This document shows positions 1 through 9,600 of a stretch of 64,000 bases of DNA, piece by piece (within the stretch, counting starts at the first letter, position 1; each line of letters starts with the position of its first letter). Below the pieces are notes generated by a model. That model was not told the DNA's origin, did no database searches, and worked only from the letters and a program-made list of their open reading frames with translations. The stretch spans positions 338 through 64,337 of the forward strand of contig MHGF01000025.1 of NCBI GenBank assembly GCA_001805445.1, given 5' to 3'. Origin of the DNA: Omnitrophica WOR_2 bacterium GWF2_43_52 (GTDB lineage: Bacteria > Omnitrophota > Gorgyraeia > Gygaellales > UBA12090). A program made the translations under genes and the position numbers.

Positions 1-558
1 TTAAAACAGTGCCGATGGACGACAGGGACTTTGCAAAATGGCTCAAATTTTCCTCATTTTGGCGAAAACGCCAAAATTGACTTCTCCGAAGTCAAAGATA
101 AGCTGAAAATTAACCAAGAAAAACAATCAAAACTGACGGACGCTTATCTGGAAAATTTGCTTGGTGAAGATGTCTATCGCGAGAAAAATTCAAGCCTTAG
201 AGATGAAGAAGAATCTTTGAAGAAACTCCTTGCAGGATATGAGCTTAGAGAGATTGAACGAGAACGGTCAGAGGGCTATATAAACAGAGTAAAAGAGTTT
301 CTTGATGGCTATGATGATAGCAAAGAAAAGATAGACTTTGCTACTAAAAAAAAACTTGCCGGGCTGCTTTTTAAAAACATCAAAATCGCCTCATGCCTTG
401 GCGGCCGTTTGCCCCAAAAAAGAATTTCATTTTCTCTTTTTGCCCCCTTTAATTTTTTGTTTTTAGAAACCGAAAGAAAATCGCAATGTCAAAAGAATCA
501 AAAGCTTATAAAAATTTGCCAAAAAAAGTCTACATCCGTACCTTCGGATGTCAGATGA
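1..558 (+). CDS. 3' part of a larger gene that enters the window from upstream. The C-terminal coiled-coil region resembles large serine recombinases. The true stop is uncertain because the reading frame stays open into the miaB start.
   Basis: Frame 1 is open from position 1 with no start codon in the window. The translation '...LTDAYLENLLGEDVYREK...FATKKKLAGLLFKNIKI' matches the pattern of the serine-recombinase C-terminal coiled-coil and final beta-strand. Confidence 0.35.
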   Translation, partial: LKQCRWTTGTLQNGSNFPHFGENAKIDFSEVKDKLKINQEKQSKLTDAYLENLLGEDVYREKNSSLRDEEESLKKLLAGYELREIERERSEGYINRVKEFLDGYDDSKEKIDFATKKKLAGLLFKNIKIASCLGGRLPQKRISFSLFAPFNFLFLETERKSQCQKNQKLIKICQKKSTSVPSDVR

Positions 559-1736
559 ACCTCAGGGATTCTGAAGTAATTGCGGGGCTGCTTTTGGAGG
601 GGGGATTTGGGGTGACGGAAGAAGAGGAAAAGGCTGACGCGGTTTTGTTTGTGACTTGTTCTGTGAGGCAGCATGCTGAGGATAAGGTTTGGTCGGAGAT
701 TGGGCGGTTTTCTAAAATGGTGCCTAAGCCGGTTATCGGGCTGGTTGGTTGTATGGCAGAAAACTATAAAGACAAAGCTTTTAAACGGATGCAGGGGATT
801 GATGTGGTGGTGGGGACGAATAATATCGGGGAAATTCCATATTTATTAAAAGAGGTGTTTGCTCATCAGCTCATTAGCTCATTAGCTCATCAGCCTTTTT
901 TAGCGGTAAGTAAAAAAGAGCGCGATGAGGTTGTGTATGAGTCTATGTTTCGTCAGGAAAAAGACAGTAGCTTTGTGGTGATTTCAGAGGGATGTGATAA
1001 TTTCTGCTCTTACTGTGTAGTGCCGTATGTGCGGGGAAGGCTAAGACATCGGAATTATAAGAATATTATCGCGGAGATAGAGCAAAATATAAAACAGGGA
1101 ATTGAGCGCGTTACTTTGCTTGGCCAGAACGTGAATGCGTATCAGTTCAAATCTGTCAGTCAATATCAGGAAATACGGATATTACCCCCTCCCTTGCCCT
1201 CCCCACATCAGGGGAGGGCATATCGTTCGCGGTCAATAGTTAATTTTATGCAATTATTAAAGCTGGTTAATGATATAGACGGTTTACGAGAATTCAGTTT
1301 TGTTACCTCTCATCCGAAAGACGCCTCAGTTGAGCTTTTTGAGGCTATGGCTAAGTTAGATAAGCTCAAAAAATATTTACACTTGCCATTTCAGTCAGGT
1401 TCGAATAGAATATTAGAGTTGATGAAACGCGGCTATACCAGAGAGCGCTATCTTCAATTAGCAGGAGAATATCGTAAGATAGTGCCCCAAGGTGAGCTTA
1501 CCACAGATATTATCGTGGGTTTTCCGAGCGAGACGGAAGAGGATTTTAAAGAGACCCTTGAACTCGTGCAAAAGGTAAGATTTAACGGCGCCTATATCTT
1601 TAAATACTCGCCCCGCCCGCATGCTAAGGCGGGCGAATTACCTGACGATGTGCCAAAGATAGAGAAAGAACGAAGGCATAGGATTTTATTAGAAACCCAA
1701 AAAAAGATTTCTAAGGAGTTAAAAGCTAAACAGTGA
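486..1736 (+). CDS. miaB: tRNA-i6A37 methylthiotransferase, a radical-SAM enzyme of the MiaB/RimO family
   Basis: An N-terminal MTTase domain with 'FGCQMN' and a radical-SAM 'CDNFCSYCVVP' motif. It sits next to miaA. It contains two in-frame repeat insertions, described in the findings. Confidence 0.8.
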   Translation: MSKESKAYKNLPKKVYIRTFGCQMNLRDSEVIAGLLLEGGFGVTEEEEKADAVLFVTCSVRQHAEDKVWSEIGRFSKMVPKPVIGLVGCMAENYKDKAFKRMQGIDVVVGTNNIGEIPYLLKEVFAHQLISSLAHQPFLAVSKKERDEVVYESMFRQEKDSSFVVISEGCDNFCSYCVVPYVRGRLRHRNYKNIIAEIEQNIKQGIERVTLLGQNVNAYQFKSVSQYQEIRILPPPLPSPHQGRAYRSRSIVNFMQLLKLVNDIDGLREFSFVTSHPKDASVELFEAMAKLDKLKKYLHLPFQSGSNRILELMKRGYTRERYLQLAGEYRKIVPQGELTTDIIVGFPSETEEDFKETLELVQKVRFNGAYIFKYSPRPHAKAGELPDDVPKIEKERRHRILLETQKKISKELKAKQ

Positions 1737-2488
1737 AACAAAAAATATTTTTGACTTTTCTACTTTCTACTTTCTACTTGCTACTCTCTACTCTCTACTG
1801 CTATGCCGAAGGCTTACACAGAGCTGAGGCTCTTTACTTGCAAGGCAGCTATAGCGAAAGCATTGAAGAATGCGCGGAAAGCATTTCCCGCGGGAAGGAT
1901 ATGGATAGGGCATACTATCTTTTGGGGCTTAATTACCTTAAGCTGGGTGATACTCAAAAGGCGCGTGAGAAACTGAAAATCATGATAGAAAATTATAAAG
2001 AGAGTAACTATAGCGCTATTGTCCAAGTGCTCTATGCAGACAGCTATTTTATAGACCAGGAATACGCGACCGCGCAAAGCCGTTATGAGGAAATTCTAAG
2101 GACTAATACGGCACTAGCTAACAGCGCTTATTTAGGCTTGGCCCGCTGTGCTTTGAAAACTGGGGAGTGGGAAAAGGCAAAAGGCTATGCCGAGTTGTTA
2201 GCGCAGAAATTTCCTAAGAGTTTAGAGGCACGTATGGCTAAGGAACTTTTTAGCGGGCAGGAATTTTTCTTTACAGTGCAGGTGGGAAGTTTTGCAAGCC
2301 TTAAAAATGCCGAACGCCTAATGAGTAAATTGCAGGGAAAATACTTTGACGCATTTATTGACCAAGTTCCTTCAGGACAAAATCTCCTCTACCGTGTACG
2401 GGTTGGAAAAGTAAAAACTCGCCAGGAAGCGTTGGCGCTTAAGAATGCGTTGGAAGCAGAAGGGTATCCTACCAGAATTTTCCCTTAG
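1733..2488 (+). CDS. TPR-repeat plus SPOR-domain envelope protein (septal peptidoglycan binding)
   Basis: A signal peptide or N-terminal transmembrane segment, TPR-like helices, and a C-terminal SPOR domain ('FFTVQVGSFASLKNAE...YRVRVG'). Confidence 0.65.
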   Translation: MKQKIFLTFLLSTFYLLLSTLYCYAEGLHRAEALYLQGSYSESIEECAESISRGKDMDRAYYLLGLNYLKLGDTQKAREKLKIMIENYKESNYSAIVQVLYADSYFIDQEYATAQSRYEEILRTNTALANSAYLGLARCALKTGEWEKAKGYAELLAQKFPKSLEARMAKELFSGQEFFFTVQVGSFASLKNAERLMSKLQGKYFDAFIDQVPSGQNLLYRVRVGKVKTRQEALALKNALEAEGYPTRIFP

Positions 2489-2491
2489 TTT

Positions 2492-3448
2492 ATGGCAAAG
2501 CCGGAATTACGCCCCGTAAAACAAAAGCCACAAATTATTTTTTTAGTCGGCCCTACCGCTATCGGTAAAAGCGCTCTTGCCATATCATTAGCCAAAAAAA
2601 TCAGCGCTGAAATCATATCTCTTGATTCCATGCAGATTTATAAAGGCTTAAGGATTGTAAGCTCTCAACCTGACATGGCGATGCAAAAGAGTATTCCTCA
2701 CCATTTACTGGGCTTTGTTTCTCCAGGAGATAAGTTTGATGTTGCCACATACAGAAAATTAGCACTGCAAAAAATAAGGCAGGTCCATAAAAGAAAAAAA
2801 ATCCCCTTGTTTGTAGGCGGGACCGGCCTTTACATGAGTGTGCTTATTGATGGAATCTTTGAGGAAGTAAAGAAGGATGAAGCCTTGCGTAAAAAGCTCT
2901 ACCAACAAGAAAAAAAACGAGGAAGCGGATTTTTGTATAATAAATTACTGGCGGTGGATAGAGAGGCTGCTGCCAAGATTCATCCTCATGATACGCGTAG
3001 GATTGTTAGGGCCTTAGAAGTCTATACGCTCACCGGAAAACCTATTTCAGAATTATGGCGTAAGAGAAAAGGCTTAAGTGAAAAATATGAGGTAAGGATA
3101 TTCGGGCTCAATAAAGACAGGCAGGAGCTCTATAATGATATTAATGCGCGTGTGGAAACAATGTTTAAGGAGGGGTTAGTCGCAGAAGTAAGGAAAGCAG
3201 GTAAGAAAAAGATAAGCCTTACCTGTAGCCAGGCAATCGGCCTTAAGGAAGTGCGGGGCTATTTAGAGGGAGGCTATGATTTAGCTTTCGCTAAAGAGTT
3301 GATGAAGAAAAATACCCGCAATTATGCCAAAAGGCAGTTGACGTGGTTTAGGAAAGATACGCGGATTCTTTGGTTAGATGTAACAAAGGTAAGGATTGAA
3401 GATGCGATTATCAATGAGTTAGTCTATGCTGAAAACACTTTTTCATAA
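2492..3448 (+). CDS. miaA: tRNA dimethylallyltransferase
   Basis: P-loop 'GPTAIGKS' and MiaA conservation throughout. Confidence 0.85.
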   Translation: MAKPELRPVKQKPQIIFLVGPTAIGKSALAISLAKKISAEIISLDSMQIYKGLRIVSSQPDMAMQKSIPHHLLGFVSPGDKFDVATYRKLALQKIRQVHKRKKIPLFVGGTGLYMSVLIDGIFEEVKKDEALRKKLYQQEKKRGSGFLYNKLLAVDREAAAKIHPHDTRRIVRALEVYTLTGKPISELWRKRKGLSEKYEVRIFGLNKDRQELYNDINARVETMFKEGLVAEVRKAGKKKISLTCSQAIGLKEVRGYLEGGYDLAFAKELMKKNTRNYAKRQLTWFRKDTRILWLDVTKVRIEDAIINELVYAENTFS

Positions 3449-5270
3449 TAAATTTTTTGCAATAATCAGCATATGCCTTTTAGGTAGTCTTATTTACTCT
3501 AACACATTCTCTTGTTCATTTCATCTTGATGATAATCGCTGCATTGCGCGTAATCCTAATATACAAGATATCGCGAATTTAGGAGCTATTTTTGATTTTT
3601 GGCCTACGCGCTTTATAGCTTTTTTTTCGATAGCGCTTAATTATCATCTCAACCAAGTTCATCTTTTCGGCTGGCACTTATTTAATCTTATTGTACACTT
3701 GGCTACAGCGGTTTTGGCCTGGTGGTTTATCCGTTTAACATTTTCTACCCCTGCAATGAGAGGTAAAGCGATTGCTGTTTATGCTGTTCCTTGCGCTTTA
3801 TTCTCCGGGTTGATTTTTGTCGCGCATCCTATTCAGACACAGAGCGTAACGTACATTATTCAAAGGATTACTTCTCTGTCGGCCCTTTTTTATTTAGCTT
3901 CCTTATGCCTGTATAGTAAGTCGAGATTGTTGACGGACAGTTCGCAAAACAGGAAAACTACAACATGGTGTTATGTTGCTTCAGTCTTTCTATCTGTCAT
4001 AGCAATGTTTACAAAAGAGTCGACCATAACGCTGCCTTTTATGATTGTAATGTATGAGGTGTTTTTCTTTGATAAAAAAGACGTTAGCTATAGAAGCGTT
4101 GTACCATTTTTGCTTTGTTTAGCAGTAATTCCTTTAACAATGTTTTTTACTCACTCTGTAGATTTCTTGGAAATGAGAAGGGTTCAGGAAGGAGGTAGCC
4201 TTTTATCTTCGAGCACTTATTTTTTGACCCAACTTAGAGTTGTTTTTACCTATCTGAGGCTTCTTTTCTTTCCTGTAGGACAGAATCTCGATTATGATTA
4301 TTCTCCTTCCAAGACTTTGCTGGGGGATTTTCCTGCCTTGCTGAGTTTTCTGTCTTTGCTTTTGATTTTATTTTTTGCTCTAAAGGCTTTTCGCAGGCAT
4401 AAGTTAATTGCTTTTAGTATTTTCTTCTTTTTTCTTGCTCTTGCGCCGGAATCAAGCGTTATCCCTATTAAGGATGTGATTTTTGAGCATCGATTATACC
4501 TTGCGATGGTTGGATATATTCTTTTTATAGTCAGCAGCACATATTCATTGTTTGGTAAAAAATACTCTAAACTCATCGCAGTGTTTCTTTCACTTCTTGT
4601 TTGTGTTTATTCAATCATGTCATATGCCAGAAATGTTGTTTGGAAGGATGAATTTAGTTTGTGGGATGATGTGGTAAAAAAATCTCCTCGAAAAGCCAGG
4701 GCATACCTTTGCCGTGGCAACGCTTATGTAAGCAAGGGTAAAATAGATAAAGCCATCGTTGATTATACTACGGCAATAGCAATTCACTCGCAGTATGCGC
4801 AAGCCTATTCTAGCAGAGGATTTGCTTATCATATCCAAGGGAATTTTAGAGAGGCTGTTTTAGATTATGATCAAGCGATAAAAATTAAGCCGGATTTTGC
4901 GCAAGCGTATAATGATAGAGGCGCCATCTATCAAAGCTTAGGGGATTTGGATAGGTCAATTTCAGATTATAGTGCGGCTATAGACAGTAACCCATATTAT
5001 TATGAAGCTTATAATAACCGGGGAGTAATTTATCAAACAAGGAATAGTTTAGAACAAGCTATTGTAAATTATAGTAAGGCAATAGAAATCAACCCTCATT
5101 ATGGCACGGCTTACAGAAATCGGGCCACTGCCTATTTTTTATATGGAGAATATGATAAATGCTTTAGGGATATTGCTAAGTCAGAAAGTTTAGGGATAAA
5201 GTTTGATCCGGAGGCTTTAAAAATTATGCGGGGAGTTTTTGAAAGAAATGACTCTGCTGGCGGTGGGTAG
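3426..5270 (+). CDS. Polytopic membrane protein with a C-terminal TPR array. It is likely a GT-C-fold glycosyltransferase of the PMT/DUF2723 type.
   Basis: About 10 predicted transmembrane helices with an 'FHLDD' loop motif, followed by at least 6 TPR repeats ('AYxxRGxAY'). Confidence 0.5.
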   Translation: MLKTLFHNKFFAIISICLLGSLIYSNTFSCSFHLDDNRCIARNPNIQDIANLGAIFDFWPTRFIAFFSIALNYHLNQVHLFGWHLFNLIVHLATAVLAWWFIRLTFSTPAMRGKAIAVYAVPCALFSGLIFVAHPIQTQSVTYIIQRITSLSALFYLASLCLYSKSRLLTDSSQNRKTTTWCYVASVFLSVIAMFTKESTITLPFMIVMYEVFFFDKKDVSYRSVVPFLLCLAVIPLTMFFTHSVDFLEMRRVQEGGSLLSSSTYFLTQLRVVFTYLRLLFFPVGQNLDYDYSPSKTLLGDFPALLSFLSLLLILFFALKAFRRHKLIAFSIFFFFLALAPESSVIPIKDVIFEHRLYLAMVGYILFIVSSTYSLFGKKYSKLIAVFLSLLVCVYSIMSYARNVVWKDEFSLWDDVVKKSPRKARAYLCRGNAYVSKGKIDKAIVDYTTAIAIHSQYAQAYSSRGFAYHIQGNFREAVLDYDQAIKIKPDFAQAYNDRGAIYQSLGDLDRSISDYSAAIDSNPYYYEAYNNRGVIYQTRNSLEQAIVNYSKAIEINPHYGTAYRNRATAYFLYGEYDKCFRDIAKSESLGIKFDPEALKIMRGVFERNDSAGGG

Positions 5271-5291
5271 CGTGAGGTTAAGGAGAGCAAA

Positions 5292-6563
5292 ATGATTGAG
5301 TTGTTTGAGAAAGAAAAGGCTTTGCTGGTTACTGTTGATGTATTTTCTTTACGATCCCAGGGCATGAAGATTGAGGATGAAAAACAAGAGTTAAGGGAAT
5401 TGGTAAAAACTGCTGGTTTAGAGATAGTTGATGAAGTTATATGCCATTACGATAAACCGTCGCCTAGTTTGTTTATCGGCTCAGGCAAGGCCGCGGAACT
5501 AAACCTGGTAGCAGCTCAACTGCGGATTGATGTGGTAGTTTTCTCTGTTGATCTGTCCGGAACCCAAGCCAGAAATTTGGAGGAAAAGTTAGGCTGTAAA
5601 GTCATTGACAGGACCCAGTTGATTTTAGACATATTTGCCCTGCATGCCAAAAGCCCCGAAGGAAAGATGCAGGTGGAACTTGCCCAGTTGGAGTATTTAT
5701 TGCCGCGCTTAACCGGGAAAGGGACAATGCTCTCGCGTTTAGGGGGAGGCATCGGTACCCGGGGCCCGGGTGAACAGAAATTAGAGCTTGACCGCAGGCG
5801 TATCCGCAGCCGAATTACCAGGCTGAAGGGGGATTTGGAAAAGGTTCATTCCCATCGCGAGTTGATTCGTAAAAAGCGCAAGGAAGACGATGTCCCTTTG
5901 GTTTCTTTTGTAGGTTATACCAACGCGGGAAAGACTACTCTTCTTAATTCTCTGGTAAACGAGCATCAGTTAGCCGATGACAGTTTGTTTACCACCCTTG
6001 ATCCATTGTCGCGGACACTGGTTCTGCCTAATCATCAAAAAGTTGTGATTTCCGATACGGTTGGTTTTTTGCATAACCTGCCGCATCACCTTATTGAGGC
6101 GTTTAAGGCTACGTTAGAAGACGTAAGAGAGGCGGATTTATTGATTCATGTCTTAGACATTGCTCATCCACTGCGCTATAGCTATTATCAGTCGGTGAAT
6201 ACGGTGCTTCAGGAATTGAATTGCCAGGATAAACCTACTATCACTGTATTGAATAAAGTTGATAAGTTAGAGGATGCAAGTTGGCTTGAACGCTACAAAA
6301 TCGATTTTCCTAATTCAGTAGCCCTCTCCGCGTTAAAAAAAGAGAATCTTGATGGCTTCTTAGCCTTGATATCACAAAAGGTGTCTAACGTCTTTGAAAA
6401 GGTAGAATTAAGCATACCCTTAGATAAAATGAGCTTAGTGGATTTAATTTATCGGGAAGGCAAGGTTGAAAAGGTGCGCTATACCAGTAAGTCAGTGATC
6501 GTATCTGCCTTTCTTCCTGCTACTGTTACCAATAAGCTTTCTTCCTACGTGAATAGGAAATAA
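5292..6563 (+). CDS. hflX: GTPase HflX
   Basis: HflX N-terminal domain plus G-domain motifs ('GYTNAGKTTLLN', 'DTVGF', 'NKVD'). Confidence 0.85.
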   Translation: MIELFEKEKALLVTVDVFSLRSQGMKIEDEKQELRELVKTAGLEIVDEVICHYDKPSPSLFIGSGKAAELNLVAAQLRIDVVVFSVDLSGTQARNLEEKLGCKVIDRTQLILDIFALHAKSPEGKMQVELAQLEYLLPRLTGKGTMLSRLGGGIGTRGPGEQKLELDRRRIRSRITRLKGDLEKVHSHRELIRKKRKEDDVPLVSFVGYTNAGKTTLLNSLVNEHQLADDSLFTTLDPLSRTLVLPNHQKVVISDTVGFLHNLPHHLIEAFKATLEDVREADLLIHVLDIAHPLRYSYYQSVNTVLQELNCQDKPTITVLNKVDKLEDASWLERYKIDFPNSVALSALKKENLDGFLALISQKVSNVFEKVELSIPLDKMSLVDLIYREGKVEKVRYTSKSVIVSAFLPATVTNKLSSYVNRK

Positions 6564-6684
6564 TTTTCTTTCCACCCCTTTTTCCCAACAGATATAAGCC
6601 GCACTGTCACAGAAGAAAGCGCTTTCAAAAAAAGCTGTTTTCGCCCTTGTAACTCCTGTTTCTTGAGGTAAACTTAAAGTATCC

Positions 6685-9600
6685 ATGAAATCACATTTGC
6701 TGCATAAAACTATTTCCCTATGGGTATCTTTTTGCCTCATTTTTACCCAATTCGCATTTGCCCAAGGGGTAGCCGAACTTAATGTATCAGAGTACTTTAG
6801 GCAAATACATACTAATGTACCTTTTGGTGATAAGCTGAGGCCGCCTCAGCTTAGGTATTTCTCTTATGATACTGTCACAGATGATTATAGGATTATTTTA
6901 GATAAGGGGGCAATAAAAGAGATATCAGAAACCGACGCGGCAGAAAAAGCGAAAACACTTTTAAGTTACTTTCTGATAGGGGTAACCCTCCCCAATGATA
7001 CATTCTGGGTCAACCTGAGGCCCGATGCTCCGGATACTATCATAGACTTTGAATTAGAGAAAACCGATATCGGGAGGATTCTTCTGGAAGCCGACCTGCA
7101 ACTCAAGAAAGATACGGCTCAATGCACCTCACCTCAAACGCCAGATGGTAAGCTCTATTGGGATAAGCTCTATCAGAAGGCAGGTGAGCTCTTTGGCTCT
7201 GAGAATATTACCATTCCTACCTTAACCCGTCCGTGGATAGTACCAGGGGAGATAATCGTAAGAGAAACAGATAATTCCGCCTACATTTACAAGGCAAGCC
7301 TCAAGGTATTGTTAGAAGAAGATTACCTCAAAAGCTCTCAGCTTTCAGCTGTCAGCGTTCAGCAGTATAATTTTAAAGACGAACGGCTAAAAGAGTTGAA
7401 TGAATACTCCACACAGCTTATCAGAGAACTTATTATTCCAAAGCTGACCAGAGAGGTTAATACTTCCCAAAGGTATGCCGCCTTGCGGCAGGTATTCTTT
7501 TCATTAGTGCTTTCTCGATGGTTTAAGGAAAGATTCCGGGGAAAGCAGGGCGCCTATGCGAAGCTAATTGACAGTAAGAATTTAACTAACCTTATTTCGC
7601 AAGAGCAGTGGTCAAAAAATACCTATTTTAATGAATATAAGGAATCATTTCAGCATGGCGAATATAATATAAAGGAAGGTGTAGCCACTCCTTATGGGCA
7701 AACGATACGGAGTTATGTGAGCGGAGGAATTGAATTGACAGGCGCAGCCAGCCCTTTAAATAGTAATAGCTTTAGGGCTGGAGAGGGCCAAAAAATTACT
7801 AACACAATGCTTACTCTGGCAGGAAATGGAAAAAATCCAAGCCTGCAATTTCCTGCGGTCACATCTTCGCCTTTAGGAAAGCCTGAAGAATATAACAATA
7901 AAACAAACAATATAATTAAAGAGATACGTGATGAGGCTTATAAGGTTCACAGTGGCCTCAAAACTATAATAGAAGCATTAAGGCTTAAAATTACTACAGA
8001 GGATAAAGCACATCAAGACATTGAAGCGGCATTGGATAATCTATCAAGTTGGCCGGGTATCTTGCCTGAAAGTACCGATATTAAGGCTATGGCTAAGGAA
8101 ATAGCGAAAGCATTAAGAATATTGAATAAATATTATCTTAGAGATTTAAAAGGGATACTTGAAAAAAGTGGTTTTGAGGAGCAGTTCTCTGCCATGATAC
8201 TGCGTATGGAAAAAATTATTCCCTTAAAAGAGCAGATTCCCGAAGCGCTTGATAACTTTATGGTTAAGTATAAAAGTAGTATTAACCAAGAGCAATTCCA
8301 AAAAGTAGAAGAACTGCGCCTCAAGGAAAGGCAAGAGTTAGAGAATAAGTACGATGATTTTATCCGTTTATGCGCGTATATGGAGGACCTTGTATCGCAG
8401 CTACGAGAACATGCACAGGAACCTGCGAAAGATTCGCTTTATTTTGATTTGGATGAGTGGCTTTCTTTGGAGTTTAGGGCGCAAATAGAAATGATTGAAA
8501 TAGTGGCTGTGGAAGCTGTGAAGGAAATCCATGGTAAGTTTCAGGAAAAAGTAAATGGAATGGAGCGGCAAAGGGAGGAGTTGGAAAATGATATTAAAAA
8601 TATTCACGACAAAATGAGCGCGGGTGTTTTAGAGCTTATTAATAGGTATAACGATTTAGCGCTGCCTTCATTTATGCCAGCGGGTGATGCCGCCGTTGTA
8701 AGCGAAGATGCGTTCAGCCTATTATTTTTAGAAAACAAAGATTTCAACCACTTGACGCAATTTCAATTTCTTTTGCTTTTTGCAAGTTATGCCTTGGGAA
8801 ATTACGAAATTACAAGGGATAAGAATATACAAAAAGCGTTTAAGGAGAAATCTTTTGCTGAAGGGTTAATTACATTATATAAGAGCGTTTATGATCTAGA
8901 TGAAAGGACAAAGAGCTTTGCTAAAGAGCCTTATACTCCAAATTATAATAAAGCTCTTAATCGTATTCTTATTGAAATGCAGAAAAGAAGTGAAAACTTA
9001 GAGAATAAAATCAGCGGTAATTTGGAATATGCCGTTACTAATGATATGCCTTTTGTGAGATTGCCATTTAGCTTAAGACAAGATAAAGATAATGATTTTA
9101 TAAGGAGCAATCTGCCTGAAGCGATAAGCAGGCTTGATAATTATTCCAAAGAGCTTGTAGCAGGATATGGTAAGTCAAGAGATAACAGTATGAGAAATCA
9201 TTTATTTTTATTAAACGTAATAGCTGTCAGCGCGAAGGTTGAGATGGAGTTGTTGATGAGTGAGATTAACGGCAATGCTGAAGCTGCGTCTCCCTTGAGG
9301 CAAGAGAATCAGGAGCAAGATGAGTTAGAAAGGATTAAGAAAGAGTTTCTTCCGCCTCTTGGCGCAGGCAGGCTTACTTTTAAAGATGCAGCAAATAAAA
9401 TTGTTCATGAAATTAGCCAAGTCATAATGGAAAAGATCAATTCTACTGATGAGAACGCAGCATCAAAATTATATAGGGAGAAGCCGTCACCTTACAGTAG
9501 CCTCAAAACGTACCTAGAGGCTTTAGGCTTTACTATTAATGAAAAAGTGGACATGCAGAAGCTGCAAAACGAGATAGAAGCTCTTATCGGGGTAATAAAG

